A DNA stretch of 64,000 nt from Candidatus Latescibacterota bacterium. Lineage in GTDB: Bacteria > Latescibacterota > UBA2968. This document shows, piece after piece, positions 39,832-49,283 of the stretch. A program made the position numbers and the translations under genes. Location: positions 2,912,001-2,976,000 of the forward strand of contig OZ241986.1 in NCBI GenBank assembly GCA_965204375.1. The letters are read 5' to 3'. A model generated the notes under the pieces. The model had not been told where the DNA came from and did not search any database. It saw only the letters and a list, made by a program, of their open reading frames with translations. Numbering within the stretch: position 1 is the first letter of the stretch; the number at the start of each line of letters is the position of its first letter.

Positions 39832-40896
39832 CTAAAGCCACGACCGCGGGTCGGGAACGGACACCCATCCATTTTCGCGTACTGACTGCAATCCCGCAAT
39901 ACCGGGCAGTGTCATATCCAGCGCCTGCATCAAATCTATCGGCGATCGCAATCCATTCACAATCGCCTGCACAAAATCCAAAACAATGAGCATACTCGTT
40001 TTGCCGTGCCCTGCACCGAGTGCGTCCGAAAACTGGGACAACTCGGGATGGTGGCATTCTTCTCGCGTCACCTGCTCCTTATTTCCCACCGAATAATAAC
40101 ACACCGTTCGTGCTTCGCGAAATCGCCCCGTCTCAAAAGAACCCTCATCGCCATAAAAACTCAAAAAATGGCTCATCCCATGCACATTCTGAAACGAATT
40201 TGTCAATCTGAACACCGCGCCTTCTTCGGTTCGAAACAAAGCCGTCTGCACCCAATCTGCTTCATATCCCTCTAAAAATTCATCTCTCCCTGAAGCCGAA
40301 ACAGCCATGACCTCAGCCAAACGATCACCCGTCATATTCAAATACGGTGACGTCCCATGTGTCGGATAAAGAAGGGGTTGTAAACTATTCCGCCAGGTAG
40401 ATCGTCCATCGGGATGTCGTCTCAACGCTTTTAGACCGTGAATATACTCGGCCTCGGCATAGTAAATACGCCCCAGTTTCTGCGACTCATAAAGCGACCT
40501 CGCACGCACCACACTGGGTTCATAGACCCAATTCTCAGCCATCATATAAATGCGGTCACTTTTTGAAACGACCTCGACCAATGCCTTTGCCTCATCCATA
40601 GTCAGCGCAGCGGGGACAGCACACAAAACGTGCTTACCAGCCCGAATTGATCGAATCACATGTTCTGCATGAAGCGGCGCAGGAGTAAAAATAGCCACCG
40701 CATCAATCCGTTCATCAGCGACCAGATCATCAAAAGCCGCATAACAAGCATCGACACCCAACTGCTCTTTTGCCTCGTCCCGTCTCTCCTGCTGGATGTC
40801 ACAAACAGCCACCAAATCAGTCTCGGCATACGCATCAAACACCTGCGCCCAGGACATACCAAATCGCAAACCCGCAACACCTACCGAGAGAGCCAT
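39832..40896 (-). CDS. Gfo/Idh/MocA family oxidoreductase
   Basis: N-terminal Rossmann fold, TPAPLHAEH, AGKHVLCAVP, AEAEYIH, YPTH. Confidence 0.88.
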   Translation of the reverse strand: MALSVGVAGLRFGMSWAQVFDAYAETDLVAVCDIQQERRDEAKEQLGVDACYAAFDDLVADERIDAVAIFTPAPLHAEHVIRSIRAGKHVLCAVPAALTMDEAKALVEVVSKSDRIYMMAENWVYEPSVVRARSLYESQKLGRIYYAEAEYIHGLKALRRHPDGRSTWRNSLQPLLYPTHGTSPYLNMTGDRLAEVMAVSASGRDEFLEGYEADWVQTALFRTEEGAVFRLTNSFQNVHGMSHFLSFYGDEGSFETGRFREARTVCYYSVGNKEQVTREECHHPELSQFSDALGAGHGKTSMLIVLDFVQAIVNGLRSPIDLMQALDMTLPGIAGLQSVRENGWVSVPDPRSWL

Positions 40897-40919
40897 TTTA
40901 CGTTACTCCATCCCCAAAA

Positions 40920-41933
40920 TCATTCTCGACTCGCCGCCACCAAACCCTCCAACTTCTCCAACGCCTTCCCCGAATCAATCACTTCAGCGGCGGCTTGCAC
41001 GCCTTCATTGAGATCACGCGCCTTATCGCCCGCCACAATCGCCGCCGCCGCATTCAACAACACAATATCTCGCCGAGGGCCTTCCTCCCCATTCAGAATC
41101 GACCGCGTAATCTCTGCATTATAATCGGCATCCCCGCCTTTTAGCGCGTCGGCTGGGGCCTGCGCCAGCCCAAAGTCCCCAGGTGATACGTCATACGTCG
41201 AAACCGATCCATTTTTCAATTCACTCACCCTCGTCGGCCCCGTCAAGGTCATCTCATCCAAACCATCCGAACCGTGAACGACAAACGCGCGCTCCGTTCC
41301 CAGAGTCCCCAAAACACCTGCAAGTGTCTCGGTCAATGCCGCGCTGTACACGCCGACCACCTGCCGCGTTGCACCCGCCGGATTGCTCAGCGGCCCCAGC
41401 GCATTGAAAATTGTCCGCGCACCAATTTCCCGACGCGGTCCAATCGCGTATTTCATCGCCCCGTGCAATGAAATGGCAAACAAAAACCCGATACCCACAT
41501 CGTCCAGACACCTGCTCACCGTCTCGGGCGATGCCTCAATATTCACACCCAATGCACTCAGTACGTCCGCGCTACCGCTTTGACTCGTCGCCGCGCGATT
41601 GCCGTGTTTGGCCACACACAAACCCGCCCCAGCCGCGACAAATGCCGCAGTTGTCGAAATATTAAACGTGCCCGAATGATCGCCCCCCGTGCCACAGGTA
41701 TCGACAATCACATCGTGCTTTGTCGCAATAGGCGTCGCCTTCTCGCGCATTACAGACGCGGCCCCGGCAATCTCATCAACACACTCGCCCTTCACGCGCA
41801 ACGCAATCAAAAACGCGCCGATCTGCGCATCCGTCGCCTCGCCCGACATAATCTGATTCATCGCATCCGTCATCTCACCCCGGCTCAAATCTGCACCTTC
41901 AATTACTTTTGCAACCGCCTCTTGTATGTTCAT
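40920..41933 (-). CDS. trpD: Anthranilate phosphoribosyltransferase
   Basis: DTCGTGGD, FNIST, KHGNR, GSADVL, RTIFN, DGLDE. Confidence 0.98.
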   Translation of the reverse strand: MNIQEAVAKVIEGADLSRGEMTDAMNQIMSGEATDAQIGAFLIALRVKGECVDEIAGAASVMREKATPIATKHDVIVDTCGTGGDHSGTFNISTTAAFVAAGAGLCVAKHGNRAATSQSGSADVLSALGVNIEASPETVSRCLDDVGIGFLFAISLHGAMKYAIGPRREIGARTIFNALGPLSNPAGATRQVVGVYSAALTETLAGVLGTLGTERAFVVHGSDGLDEMTLTGPTRVSELKNGSVSTYDVSPGDFGLAQAPADALKGGDADYNAEITRSILNGEEGPRRDIVLLNAAAAIVAGDKARDLNEGVQAAAEVIDSGKALEKLEGLVAASRE

Positions 41934-41955
41934 ACTCATCTCCTCAGCTAACAAA

Positions 41956-42519
41956 TCATGCATCGAGAAAATTTTGCAGCAAATTCTTGCCTTCACCCGT
42001 CAAAATCGATTCGGGGTGAAACTGCACGCCATCCACCGCCATATCTCGATGGCGCAAACCCATAATCACGCCATCATCGGTCTCTGCTGTAATTTCCAGA
42101 CAAACGGGCAAACTCTCTCGTTCCACCACCAGCGAATGATAGCGTGTGGCAATAAACGGCTCAGGTAACCCCTGAAAAACAGACTCCCCACTATGATGAA
42201 TCTCCGACACCTTCCCGTGCATAATTGTCGGCGCGCCCACAATTTTCCCGCCAAATGCCTGCCCGATGGACTGGTGCCCCAGACAAACCCCTAAAATAGG
42301 AATTTTTCCGGCAAAGTGCTGCACCAGAGCCACGGAAATCCCCGCTTCGTTTGGCGTGCACGGTCCTGGAGAAATTACAATCTTCTCAGGTGCTATATCA
42401 TCAATCTCTTCAAGTGAGATTTGATCATTGCGATATACCATCAGACCCGCACCCAGTTCGCCGAGATATTGAACGAGGTTATAAGTAAACGAATCGTAGT
42501 TATCAATGACGAGAATCAC
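41956..42519 (-). CDS. trpG: Anthranilate synthase component II (glutamine amidotransferase)
   Basis: [34 protein letters not shown]. Confidence 0.96.
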   Translation of the reverse strand: MILVIDNYDSFTYNLVQYLGELGAGLMVYRNDQISLEEIDDIAPEKIVISPGPCTPNEAGISVALVQHFAGKIPILGVCLGHQSIGQAFGGKIVGAPTIMHGKVSEIHHSGESVFQGLPEPFIATRYHSLVVERESLPVCLEITAETDDGVIMGLRHRDMAVDGVQFHPESILTGEGKNLLQNFLDA

Positions 42520-43988
42520 AACACTCCTCCTTCAGCCATTTCTACCGCCCGAAACAGTGCCCGCGCTTTGTTCACGGTCTCCTGATATTCGTATTCCGGC
42601 TCTGAATCAAACACCACACCACCTCCCGCCTGCACATACGCTTTGCCATCCTTAATCACCAGCGTGCGAATGGCAATACACGTATCCATATTGCCCGCAA
42701 AATCGATATAACCCACCGCACCGGCATAAGGTCCTCGGCGCGTTGGTTCCATCTCGTCGATAATCTCCATCGCCCGAATTTTCGGCGCACCCGACACCGT
42801 ACCAGCCGGATAACAGGCAAAAAGCGCGTCCAGCGCATCGACACCCTCGTGCAATTCGCCGCGCACATTCGAAACGATATGCATCACATGCGAATAGCGT
42901 TCAATCGTCATCTGCTCGGTCACGCGCACCGTATCAAACCTGGAGACGCGCCCCACATCATTGCGCCCCAGATCCACCAGCATAATATGCTCGGCGCGTT
43001 CTTTTTCATCTGCCAACAACTCCTGTGACAGCACCTGATCTTCTGCCTCTGTTTTGCCGCGCCACCGCGTCCCCGCAATAGGTCGCACCTGCACCACCCC
43101 GTCCTCTACCCTGACGAGCAACTCGGGCGACGCGCCCACGAGTTGATGGTCTGTCAAATCGACGTGAAACATATAAGGCGACGGATTCACCGTCCGCAAA
43201 GCCCGATAAATATCCAGCGCATCAACCGTCACATCCATTGCAAAACGCTGCGAAGGCACCACCTGAAAAATATCACCTGCCACGATGTATTCCCTGCAAC
43301 GCGCCACCACATCCATATACGCTTCTTTGCTCGTATTTGAAGTCACCTCGCACGAACTCGTTCCAGGCATTAGGGACGCATCCGCCGGCTCCGCCAGTGC
43401 CTCAATCAGCGCATCAATCCGTTTGACTGCATCTGCGTAATTCGCCTCCAAATCTCCCTCTGTATGCACATTGGCCATCACATGCACTTTGTGTGTCACA
43501 TTGTCAAACGCCAGCACCGAATCGTAAAATGAGAAAAATATATCGTCTATATCGAGATCGTCTTCAACCGTCTCGGGAATGCGCTCAATCAAACGCACGG
43601 CATCGTAACTCACATAGCCCACAGCACCGCCTGTAAATCGAGGAAACCCTTCCACATGTTGCGAATGGTATTTTTTTAACAACCCACGCAATACCTCAAC
43701 AGGCTCCCCCTCAAATATTCGCAACTCACCCGTCGTCGCATGTTCAATCGAAATTTTTGTTCCGCGCGAACGAAAAACCAAAAACGGATCCACGCCCAAA
43801 AACGAATACCGCCCAATCTGCTCGCCGCCCACCACGCTTTCAAACAAAAACGCATGAGAAGACTTTGCGCGAATTTTCAAATAAGCCGAAACGGGCGTCT
43901 CTGTATCCGCGAGAATTTCTCTTGAAATGGGAACGAGTCCACAGCCTTCGCTCAGCTTCTCGACAGTTTTAAGATCGGGTTGAATCAC
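42516..43988 (-). CDS. trpE: Anthranilate synthase component I
   Basis: [49 protein letters not shown]; GTG start after AAGGA. Confidence 0.97.
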   Translation of the reverse strand: MIQPDLKTVEKLSEGCGLVPISREILADTETPVSAYLKIRAKSSHAFLFESVVGGEQIGRYSFLGVDPFLVFRSRGTKISIEHATTGELRIFEGEPVEVLRGLLKKYHSQHVEGFPRFTGGAVGYVSYDAVRLIERIPETVEDDLDIDDIFFSFYDSVLAFDNVTHKVHVMANVHTEGDLEANYADAVKRIDALIEALAEPADASLMPGTSSCEVTSNTSKEAYMDVVARCREYIVAGDIFQVVPSQRFAMDVTVDALDIYRALRTVNPSPYMFHVDLTDHQLVGASPELLVRVEDGVVQVRPIAGTRWRGKTEAEDQVLSQELLADEKERAEHIMLVDLGRNDVGRVSRFDTVRVTEQMTIERYSHVMHIVSNVRGELHEGVDALDALFACYPAGTVSGAPKIRAMEIIDEMEPTRRGPYAGAVGYIDFAGNMDTCIAIRTLVIKDGKAYVQAGGGVVFDSEPEYEYQETVNKARALFRAVEMAEGGVL

Positions 43989-44000
43989 CAAAAAATCCTT

Positions 44001-44040
44001 AAAAAAAATAAAAAAGGCCGTGAGCAGTTTGCCCACGACC
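44001..44040 (-). terminator. Intrinsic terminator of the trpE leader (attenuator)
   Basis: Minus strand GGTCGTGGGCA-AAC-TGCTCACGGCC followed by TTTTTTATTTTTTTT, ending just before the trpE RBS. Confidence 0.9.
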
Positions 44041-44067
44041 TCGTACTTTTATTCACTTACATCACAC

Positions 44068-44172
44068 TTAAAACGCAGGACAAACCACACTCTTGGACGG
44101 GCGGCGATAATAATAATATCGGCCGTCAAATCGACGCCAAAAATACCAGAAGTAGGTTGCAAAAGCGTTCAT
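44068..44172 (-). CDS. Attenuator leader peptide rich in Phe/Tyr/Trp (34 aa), not in ORF track
   Basis: MNAFATYFWYFWRRFDGRYYYYRRPSKSVVCPAF* (6 Tyr, 5 Phe, 2 Trp, 5 Arg); AAGGA RBS; alternative GTG start at 44175; upstream of the terminator and trpE. Confidence 0.9.
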   Translation of the reverse strand: MNAFATYFWYFWRRFDGRYYYYRRPSKSVVCPAF

Positions 44173-44213
44173 CACATCAAATTCCTTAAACCAGAGTTAT
44201 ATCGGACGCGCCA

Positions 44214-44241
44214 AAGATAACAAATTCTAAAACAGTGTCAA
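44214..44241 (-). promoter_or_regulatory. Sigma70-type promoter of the leader/trp operon
   Basis: TTGACA (44241-44236), 16-nt spacer ending TG-T, then TATCTT (44219-44214). Confidence 0.65.
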
Positions 44242-44250
44242 GAAAGAAGT

Positions 44251-45021
44251 TTATTCATGACCGTCAATCGTGCCCACCTCAATTTTCAACTCATCGCGAT
44301 CAATAATGCGATCTACGCGGCCATCGCGCACCCACACCACGCGGTCGGATACCGACAGCATCTTGTGATCGTGCGTCGCTGAAATCACAGTCACGCCCGA
44401 CTCCTCGTTCATCTGGCGCAACAGTTCAATAATCTCTCGCCCCGTATTCAAATCGAGATTCCCAGTCGGCTCGTCAGCCAGAATAATCGCTGGATCGTTG
44501 GCAAAGGCCCGCGCAACAGCCACGCGCTGCTGCTGCCCACCCGAAAGCTCAAAAGGTTTGTGCATCACGCGCTCGCCCAGACCGACCTGTGTCAACAATT
44601 CTACGCCCTTGTCGCGCGCCTCGTCGCTCGTCAGTCCGGCGAACACCATCGGCAGAGTCACATTCTCAAGTGCTGTCATCACCGGAATCAAATTATAAGA
44701 TTGAAAAATATAACCGATCTTTCGGCAGCGCAACCATGCGAGTTCATAAGCGTCGAGTTGGGCGACATCGACATCGTCGATATAGACCTTGCCCTCGGTC
44801 GGCTTGTCCAATCCACCCACCATATTGAACAGAGTACTCTTCCCCGAACCAGAAGGTCCCATAATGGACAGGTATTCGCCCTGTGTCACTTCCAGGTCCA
44901 CGCCTTTGAGTGCGTGAATCTGCTCTTCGCCCATTATGTACACCTTCTTCACATCTTGTGTGCGTACAACTGTCGCTTCTTCGGCCTCTGCATTTGTTTC
45001 TGTTTTTTCTTCGGCAGCCAT
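44251..45021 (-). CDS. ABC transporter ATP-binding protein (LolD/MacB-type)
   Basis: GPSGSGKST, LSGGQQQRVA, ILADEPTGNLD, ATHD. Confidence 0.95.
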   Translation of the reverse strand: MAAEEKTETNAEAEEATVVRTQDVKKVYIMGEEQIHALKGVDLEVTQGEYLSIMGPSGSGKSTLFNMVGGLDKPTEGKVYIDDVDVAQLDAYELAWLRCRKIGYIFQSYNLIPVMTALENVTLPMVFAGLTSDEARDKGVELLTQVGLGERVMHKPFELSGGQQQRVAVARAFANDPAIILADEPTGNLDLNTGREIIELLRQMNEESGVTVISATHDHKMLSVSDRVVWVRDGRVDRIIDRDELKIEVGTIDGHE

Positions 45022-45041
45022 AAAACACCTCACAATCAGAT

Positions 45042-45713
45042 TTAAACTTCCAACGACATCGCATCAACCGGCTCCATCTTGGCAGCGCGATAGGCCGGCA
45101 AAATACCGCCAACCAGCGACAAAACAGAACCAATAACAATAGCTTTAACACCATCTTCAAGAATTTGAATCATGGGAAGATGATCGAAAATCACCGTGCC
45201 AAAACTCGACATATTGAGCAACGCAGTCAGCAAAAACCCAATGATCACGCCAATAATCGTACCTGCTGTACCCATAAACGTCGATTCGAGAATAAACAGC
45301 TTAATAATAAATCCGTCCAATGCGCCCATACACTTCATGGTGCCAATCTCGCGGAACCGCTCGGTAACAGACATCAGCATAGCATTGGCAATACCCACCA
45401 AACACACGAGCAGTGACAACACCACCAGCCATGCATCCTTAGACCGTTGCTGCATTGCGGCGGCACTGTCGGGATCAATTTCAACGCCCTTTTGTTGCAA
45501 GATCAAATTGATCTTGGGATCGCCAGCACCCATCAAACCGTCAATAATGGAATTGCCCGCCCAAATCGACATCAAAAAAGCGATAGCAAGCACAATACCA
45601 CTCACCGTAATCAAAGACCGGCCAAATCGAATCTTAACGCTATTAAAACTGATCTCAACCGCTTTGGAAAGCGGAAGAGATATCTGGGTATTGAGTTCGT
45701 GCTGCTGTGCCAT
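45042..45713 (-). CDS. Short FtsX/MacB-like ABC permease
   Basis: GIANAMLMSVTERFREIGTMKCMGA, PAYRAAKMEPVDAM. Confidence 0.9.
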   Translation of the reverse strand: MAQQHELNTQISLPLSKAVEISFNSVKIRFGRSLITVSGIVLAIAFLMSIWAGNSIIDGLMGAGDPKINLILQQKGVEIDPDSAAAMQQRSKDAWLVVLSLLVCLVGIANAMLMSVTERFREIGTMKCMGALDGFIIKLFILESTFMGTAGTIIGVIIGFLLTALLNMSSFGTVIFDHLPMIQILEDGVKAIVIGSVLSLVGGILPAYRAAKMEPVDAMSLEV

Positions 45714-45798
45714 AAACGCCTCCAGTTACAAAAGAACTGCACTAATCGGTGTTCAACATAAACGCCCTGTGCCCCTCTGTCAAGCCAAAATACCAGAC

Positions 45799-46518
45799 TT
45801 ATTTATTATCGGCGTTGGTCTTTTTTCGCAAAAAATAGAATGTCAACAATTGCTTGAGAAATAAATAGTACTCAGTCCAGTTCAACTTGCTGCTGCTGTA
45901 TTGCCGGTTGCGAAACACAAAGGGGACCTCTATAAAAGACTTATAATGCCCCTTGACCAGAATCTCCAGTAAAATTTTATACCCCGGCGAAGTCAATGCC
46001 ATGTCTTTAATAACGCGCCGATGCAAGAAAAAATAGCCCGCCAGCGGGTCTTGTACACCGGTTAATTGCCGCGCGAGAAATACCCCCAATTGAGAAATAA
46101 ACCTGCGGTACCATGCCCATTTTTCGACGTGACTCTCCGAATCAAACCGGCTACCAATAGCCAGATCGTGATCCCGCAACCCGTAAATGAGCTGAGGCAA
46201 GACGATGGGGTCGTGGCTCAAATCGGCATCAATCACCCCCAGGAGATCCCGCTCTGCCCGCTCAAACCCGGCCATCACGGCACTGCCCAAGCCCAATTTC
46301 CCGGCGCGGTGAACCACTTGCACCGGATAGCGCTCCACGAGTGATTCGGCCACCTCTCCCGTGCCATCGGGCGAATTGTCATCAACCACAATTAATTCGA
46401 GATCGATGTCGGGATAGTCTTTCAGAACGTCGAATATTTCTTCGGCCAATAAAGAAATGTTCTCGCGCTCATTATAGGTGGGTGTAATCAGAGAAATACG
46501 GAGTATATTATCAGACAT
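45799..46518 (-). CDS. Polyprenol-phosphate mannose synthase-like GT2 glycosyltransferase
   Basis: PTYNEREN, VVDDNSPDGT, KLGLGSA, DADLSHDP, GYKILLEIL. Confidence 0.92.
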   Translation of the reverse strand: MSDNILRISLITPTYNERENISLLAEEIFDVLKDYPDIDLELIVVDDNSPDGTGEVAESLVERYPVQVVHRAGKLGLGSAVMAGFERAERDLLGVIDADLSHDPIVLPQLIYGLRDHDLAIGSRFDSESHVEKWAWYRRFISQLGVFLARQLTGVQDPLAGYFFLHRRVIKDMALTSPGYKILLEILVKGHYKSFIEVPFVFRNRQYSSSKLNWTEYYLFLKQLLTFYFLRKKTNADNK

Positions 46519-47407
46519 AGGTATTAACCATCCTGTGAAAGACGCCTTTTAATTGCCTCAAGTTATACTCAAAAGAGGCAGGTACAATATCACATAATGT
46601 TCTGGCAAGTGCGGTTGTCAACCCGGCTCGCAACGGGCGCTGTGCGAGTTGCCCAAATTCTGCGGACGTTATGGAAGACACCAGTGAAAAGTCAAGCTCC
46701 ATCACAGCACAAATCCGTTCGACCATTTCAAAGCGCGTCAAAAAATCCGCCCCGCCAAAATGCACCACACCACAGAAGTCAGTGCGGCACAGTTTAAAAA
46801 TAAATGCGGCGAGTTCATCGACAAAAGTCGGATTTGCCCACTCGTCTATCACCACGCGAATCGCCTCGCGTCCTGCCAGCGATGAAATGGCCCAGGTCAC
46901 AAAATTGGGCCGACAAGACGGGCGAAAACCGTACAATACCGCCGTTCGCACCACAATGCCGGGGCAAAGTGCATTCAGCAGAATAACTTCGCTTTCTAAC
47001 TTGGTCTGCCCATACACATTCACCGGATGTGCTTCATCGCCCTCGGCATAAGACCCTTTCTCTCCATCAAACACATAATTGGTCGATAAGTTCACCAGGC
47101 CGCATCCAACCCGTTCACACGCTTGAACCAAATTGCGCGTTCCATCGACGTGTATCGCACGCGCAAGCGCAGGATTGCGCTCGCATCCATCAACGCTTGT
47201 CATAGCTGCCGAATTGATCACCCACCGGGGGCGTACCTGTGCCACCACCTCGTGTACCAAATCGGGCCGTGTCAAATCTACGACGAGATGACCTTTTTCA
47301 CCGCTGCGTGACGCAGGCACTCGCTCCCAATCACTGCAGGATGCATCGCAAAGCGCCTGTCCCAAAAAACCCGATGCGCCGATAATGAGCAACCGATTAT
47401 TAGCCAT
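46511..47407 (-). CDS. dTDP-4-dehydrorhamnose reductase (RmlD)-like SDR
   Basis: GASGFLG, AAMTSVDGCE, STNYVFDG, YGQTK, NPT; TAATG coupling to the upstream gene. Confidence 0.88.
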   Translation of the reverse strand: MANNRLLIIGASGFLGQALCDASCSDWERVPASRSGEKGHLVVDLTRPDLVHEVVAQVRPRWVINSAAMTSVDGCERNPALARAIHVDGTRNLVQACERVGCGLVNLSTNYVFDGEKGSYAEGDEAHPVNVYGQTKLESEVILLNALCPGIVVRTAVLYGFRPSCRPNFVTWAISSLAGREAIRVVIDEWANPTFVDELAAFIFKLCRTDFCGVVHFGGADFLTRFEMVERICAVMELDFSLVSSITSAEFGQLAQRPLRAGLTTALARTLCDIVPASFEYNLRQLKGVFHRMVNTYV

Positions 47408-48870
47408 TAGTTTTCGCTTTCCCGCACAAATAATGCCAATGCGCGATTCAGCGCGCCAGCATATCCGATGCGATCTATATTGGGTCCTATCAGAGCTGTC
47501 AAAATCGCTTCGGTCCGATCTCGATAGCGCGGCATCTTCGTATGCACAAAAAGCCGCATAAAAACCTGCGCCGCCACGCCATTTCCCGAAGGCAACCACC
47601 GATCAATGGCGGGCGAGAGCGCGACATCAGTCTCGGGCATTCGGTCTCTCAAAGCGCCCGAAGAATCGGCAAAAACTGTCATAATCCGATCTGCATGCGC
47701 CCGCGCAAATAACAAATCGGCCTCGCGTTCCTGCACCTCAAACAAATCGAGAGCAGCGCGGATGATTAAAACCTGATCCAGCAAAAAACGAGGTTTCAAA
47801 GATCGCGCGTGGGCAAACAGACTATCATCCTGTACAAATCTCATCTTAACCGCTTCAAAAATTCGTCGCCCAGCATCTAAAAAACGCCCCTCCCGAGTTT
47901 CGAGAAACGCCGCGCACAAACCCGAAACTACCAGTGCATTCCAGCCCGAATAAATCTCTGCATCCCGCAATACATTTCCCGCCTGATCTCGAAAGCCAGC
48001 CAGCCCGGCCCCCAACAAAACATCGCCAGATACGGCAAATTGTTCGAGCACCGCATCGGCCAGATCGCGGGACAAATTTACCCGTGCAAACGCCCGCAGT
48101 AATTGGGCATTGACCGCCAGGTGTTTTTCCGCATCAATCACAGGTCCACGATGCGTTAATACCTCCAATACATAAACGCCATCTGTATCGCGCCGTGCGC
48201 TGTGTGCAAAATTGATCAAAGGCGAATCAATACCCGCTTCTGCAAGCGCGAGAAGACCTTCGGGACCTGGATCAAAACCGCTTTTTATCACCGATTTCAA
48301 ACTATCGCGCACGCGGTGCAAAAGCGCTGTGCTCGGATTGATACGAGGGCGCGGATCTTTCTTTTCATCGCGTTCCGCTCGCCGCTTCAACTCTGCCCGC
48401 TGCACCTCGAGCCTGACGAGCCTATCGGGATTGTCGTACAAAATTTGCACCCACCGCAACAGATCTATCATATCATCGGGATCGAGATAGGTACTGCCCG
48501 TGATCCATTGTCCATCGGGCGTTAAAAAAGAGAGTGATGGAACCCCACCCAGACCAAAACGCTCAAATAAATCGGGTCGTTGATCGGCATCAACCCATAT
48601 CGGCAGAGTATAACGGGCAACCGCCCGCGCAATTTCTGAATTTTCAAAGCATCTCTCTGCCAGATCGCGGCACCAAACCGATCGCTGCGTATAAAAAAAT
48701 AACAAGATGGGACGCCCGAGGATTTGGGCAGAATCTCTTTGGCTCCATGTCCGCCAGTTTATGCTTCCGCCATCCAACGCCGTTACATCTAATTTTGCCG
48801 TCTCATCTCCCCCACCACATGCACCGGATAAAAACCCAAACACGAGCGCGATCCAGACATTCTGCCGCAA
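47407..48870 (-). CDS. DUF255/thioredoxin-domain, six-hairpin (YyaL-like) lipoprotein
   Basis: Lipobox LSGAC, INWRTWS, VDADQRPDL, GGVPSLSFLTPDG, WNALVVSGL, PSGNGVAA; TTG start after AGGAGG. Confidence 0.75.
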   Translation of the reverse strand: MRQNVWIALVFGFLSGACGGGDETAKLDVTALDGGSINWRTWSQRDSAQILGRPILLFFYTQRSVWCRDLAERCFENSEIARAVARYTLPIWVDADQRPDLFERFGLGGVPSLSFLTPDGQWITGSTYLDPDDMIDLLRWVQILYDNPDRLVRLEVQRAELKRRAERDEKKDPRPRINPSTALLHRVRDSLKSVIKSGFDPGPEGLLALAEAGIDSPLINFAHSARRDTDGVYVLEVLTHRGPVIDAEKHLAVNAQLLRAFARVNLSRDLADAVLEQFAVSGDVLLGAGLAGFRDQAGNVLRDAEIYSGWNALVVSGLCAAFLETREGRFLDAGRRIFEAVKMRFVQDDSLFAHARSLKPRFLLDQVLIIRAALDLFEVQEREADLLFARAHADRIMTVFADSSGALRDRMPETDVALSPAIDRWLPSGNGVAAQVFMRLFVHTKMPRYRDRTEAILTALIGPNIDRIGYAGALNRALALFVRESEN

Positions 48871-49019
48871 AATGACCCTCCTGTGAACAATATTACATAA
48901 ATTTTGCAAAAAAAATATGGAACTCGCTGCATGGGAAAACGTCTAAACCGATCAAAAAAGGCTTGACACATGGAAAGGATTTGCTGAAGTTCTAAAATAC
49001 TTCAGAAACGGGAAAAAAC

Positions 49020-49283
49020 CTATTGAGGCGCGAATTTTTCTATTGAGATGGCTTCGTCGATCAACATAATAGGTATCGCGTCTTGAATGGGATATAAAAA
49101 GACGCGGTCTTCGCGCACCAGGCCTCCATCAATTGGCTGTTTAATTTTTTGCCCGCCCCGGTTTTTAACCTCGCCTTTTTCAATCGCGCTGTTGATGGTG
49201 TCAATCAGCGATTGATCGGCCAATTTCACGGGCGTTTTATTCTCTGGGCAGGCCAAAATATCGAGTAAATCCCGATCAATCAC
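49020..49283 (-). CDS. Trm112-like family protein
   Basis: LLDILACPENK...YPIQDAIPIMLIDEAI; GTG start after AAGGAG. Confidence 0.88.
   Translation of the reverse strand: MIDRDLLDILACPENKTPVKLADQSLIDTINSAIEKGEVKNRGGQKIKQPIDGGLVREDRVFLYPIQDAIPIMLIDEAISIEKFAPQ

Noticed and set aside
44040-44250. T-box riboswitch or TRAP-binding site upstream of trpE
   Set aside because: No T-box consensus (GGTGGNACCGCG) and no (G/U)AG repeat array; the leader-peptide model explains the region.
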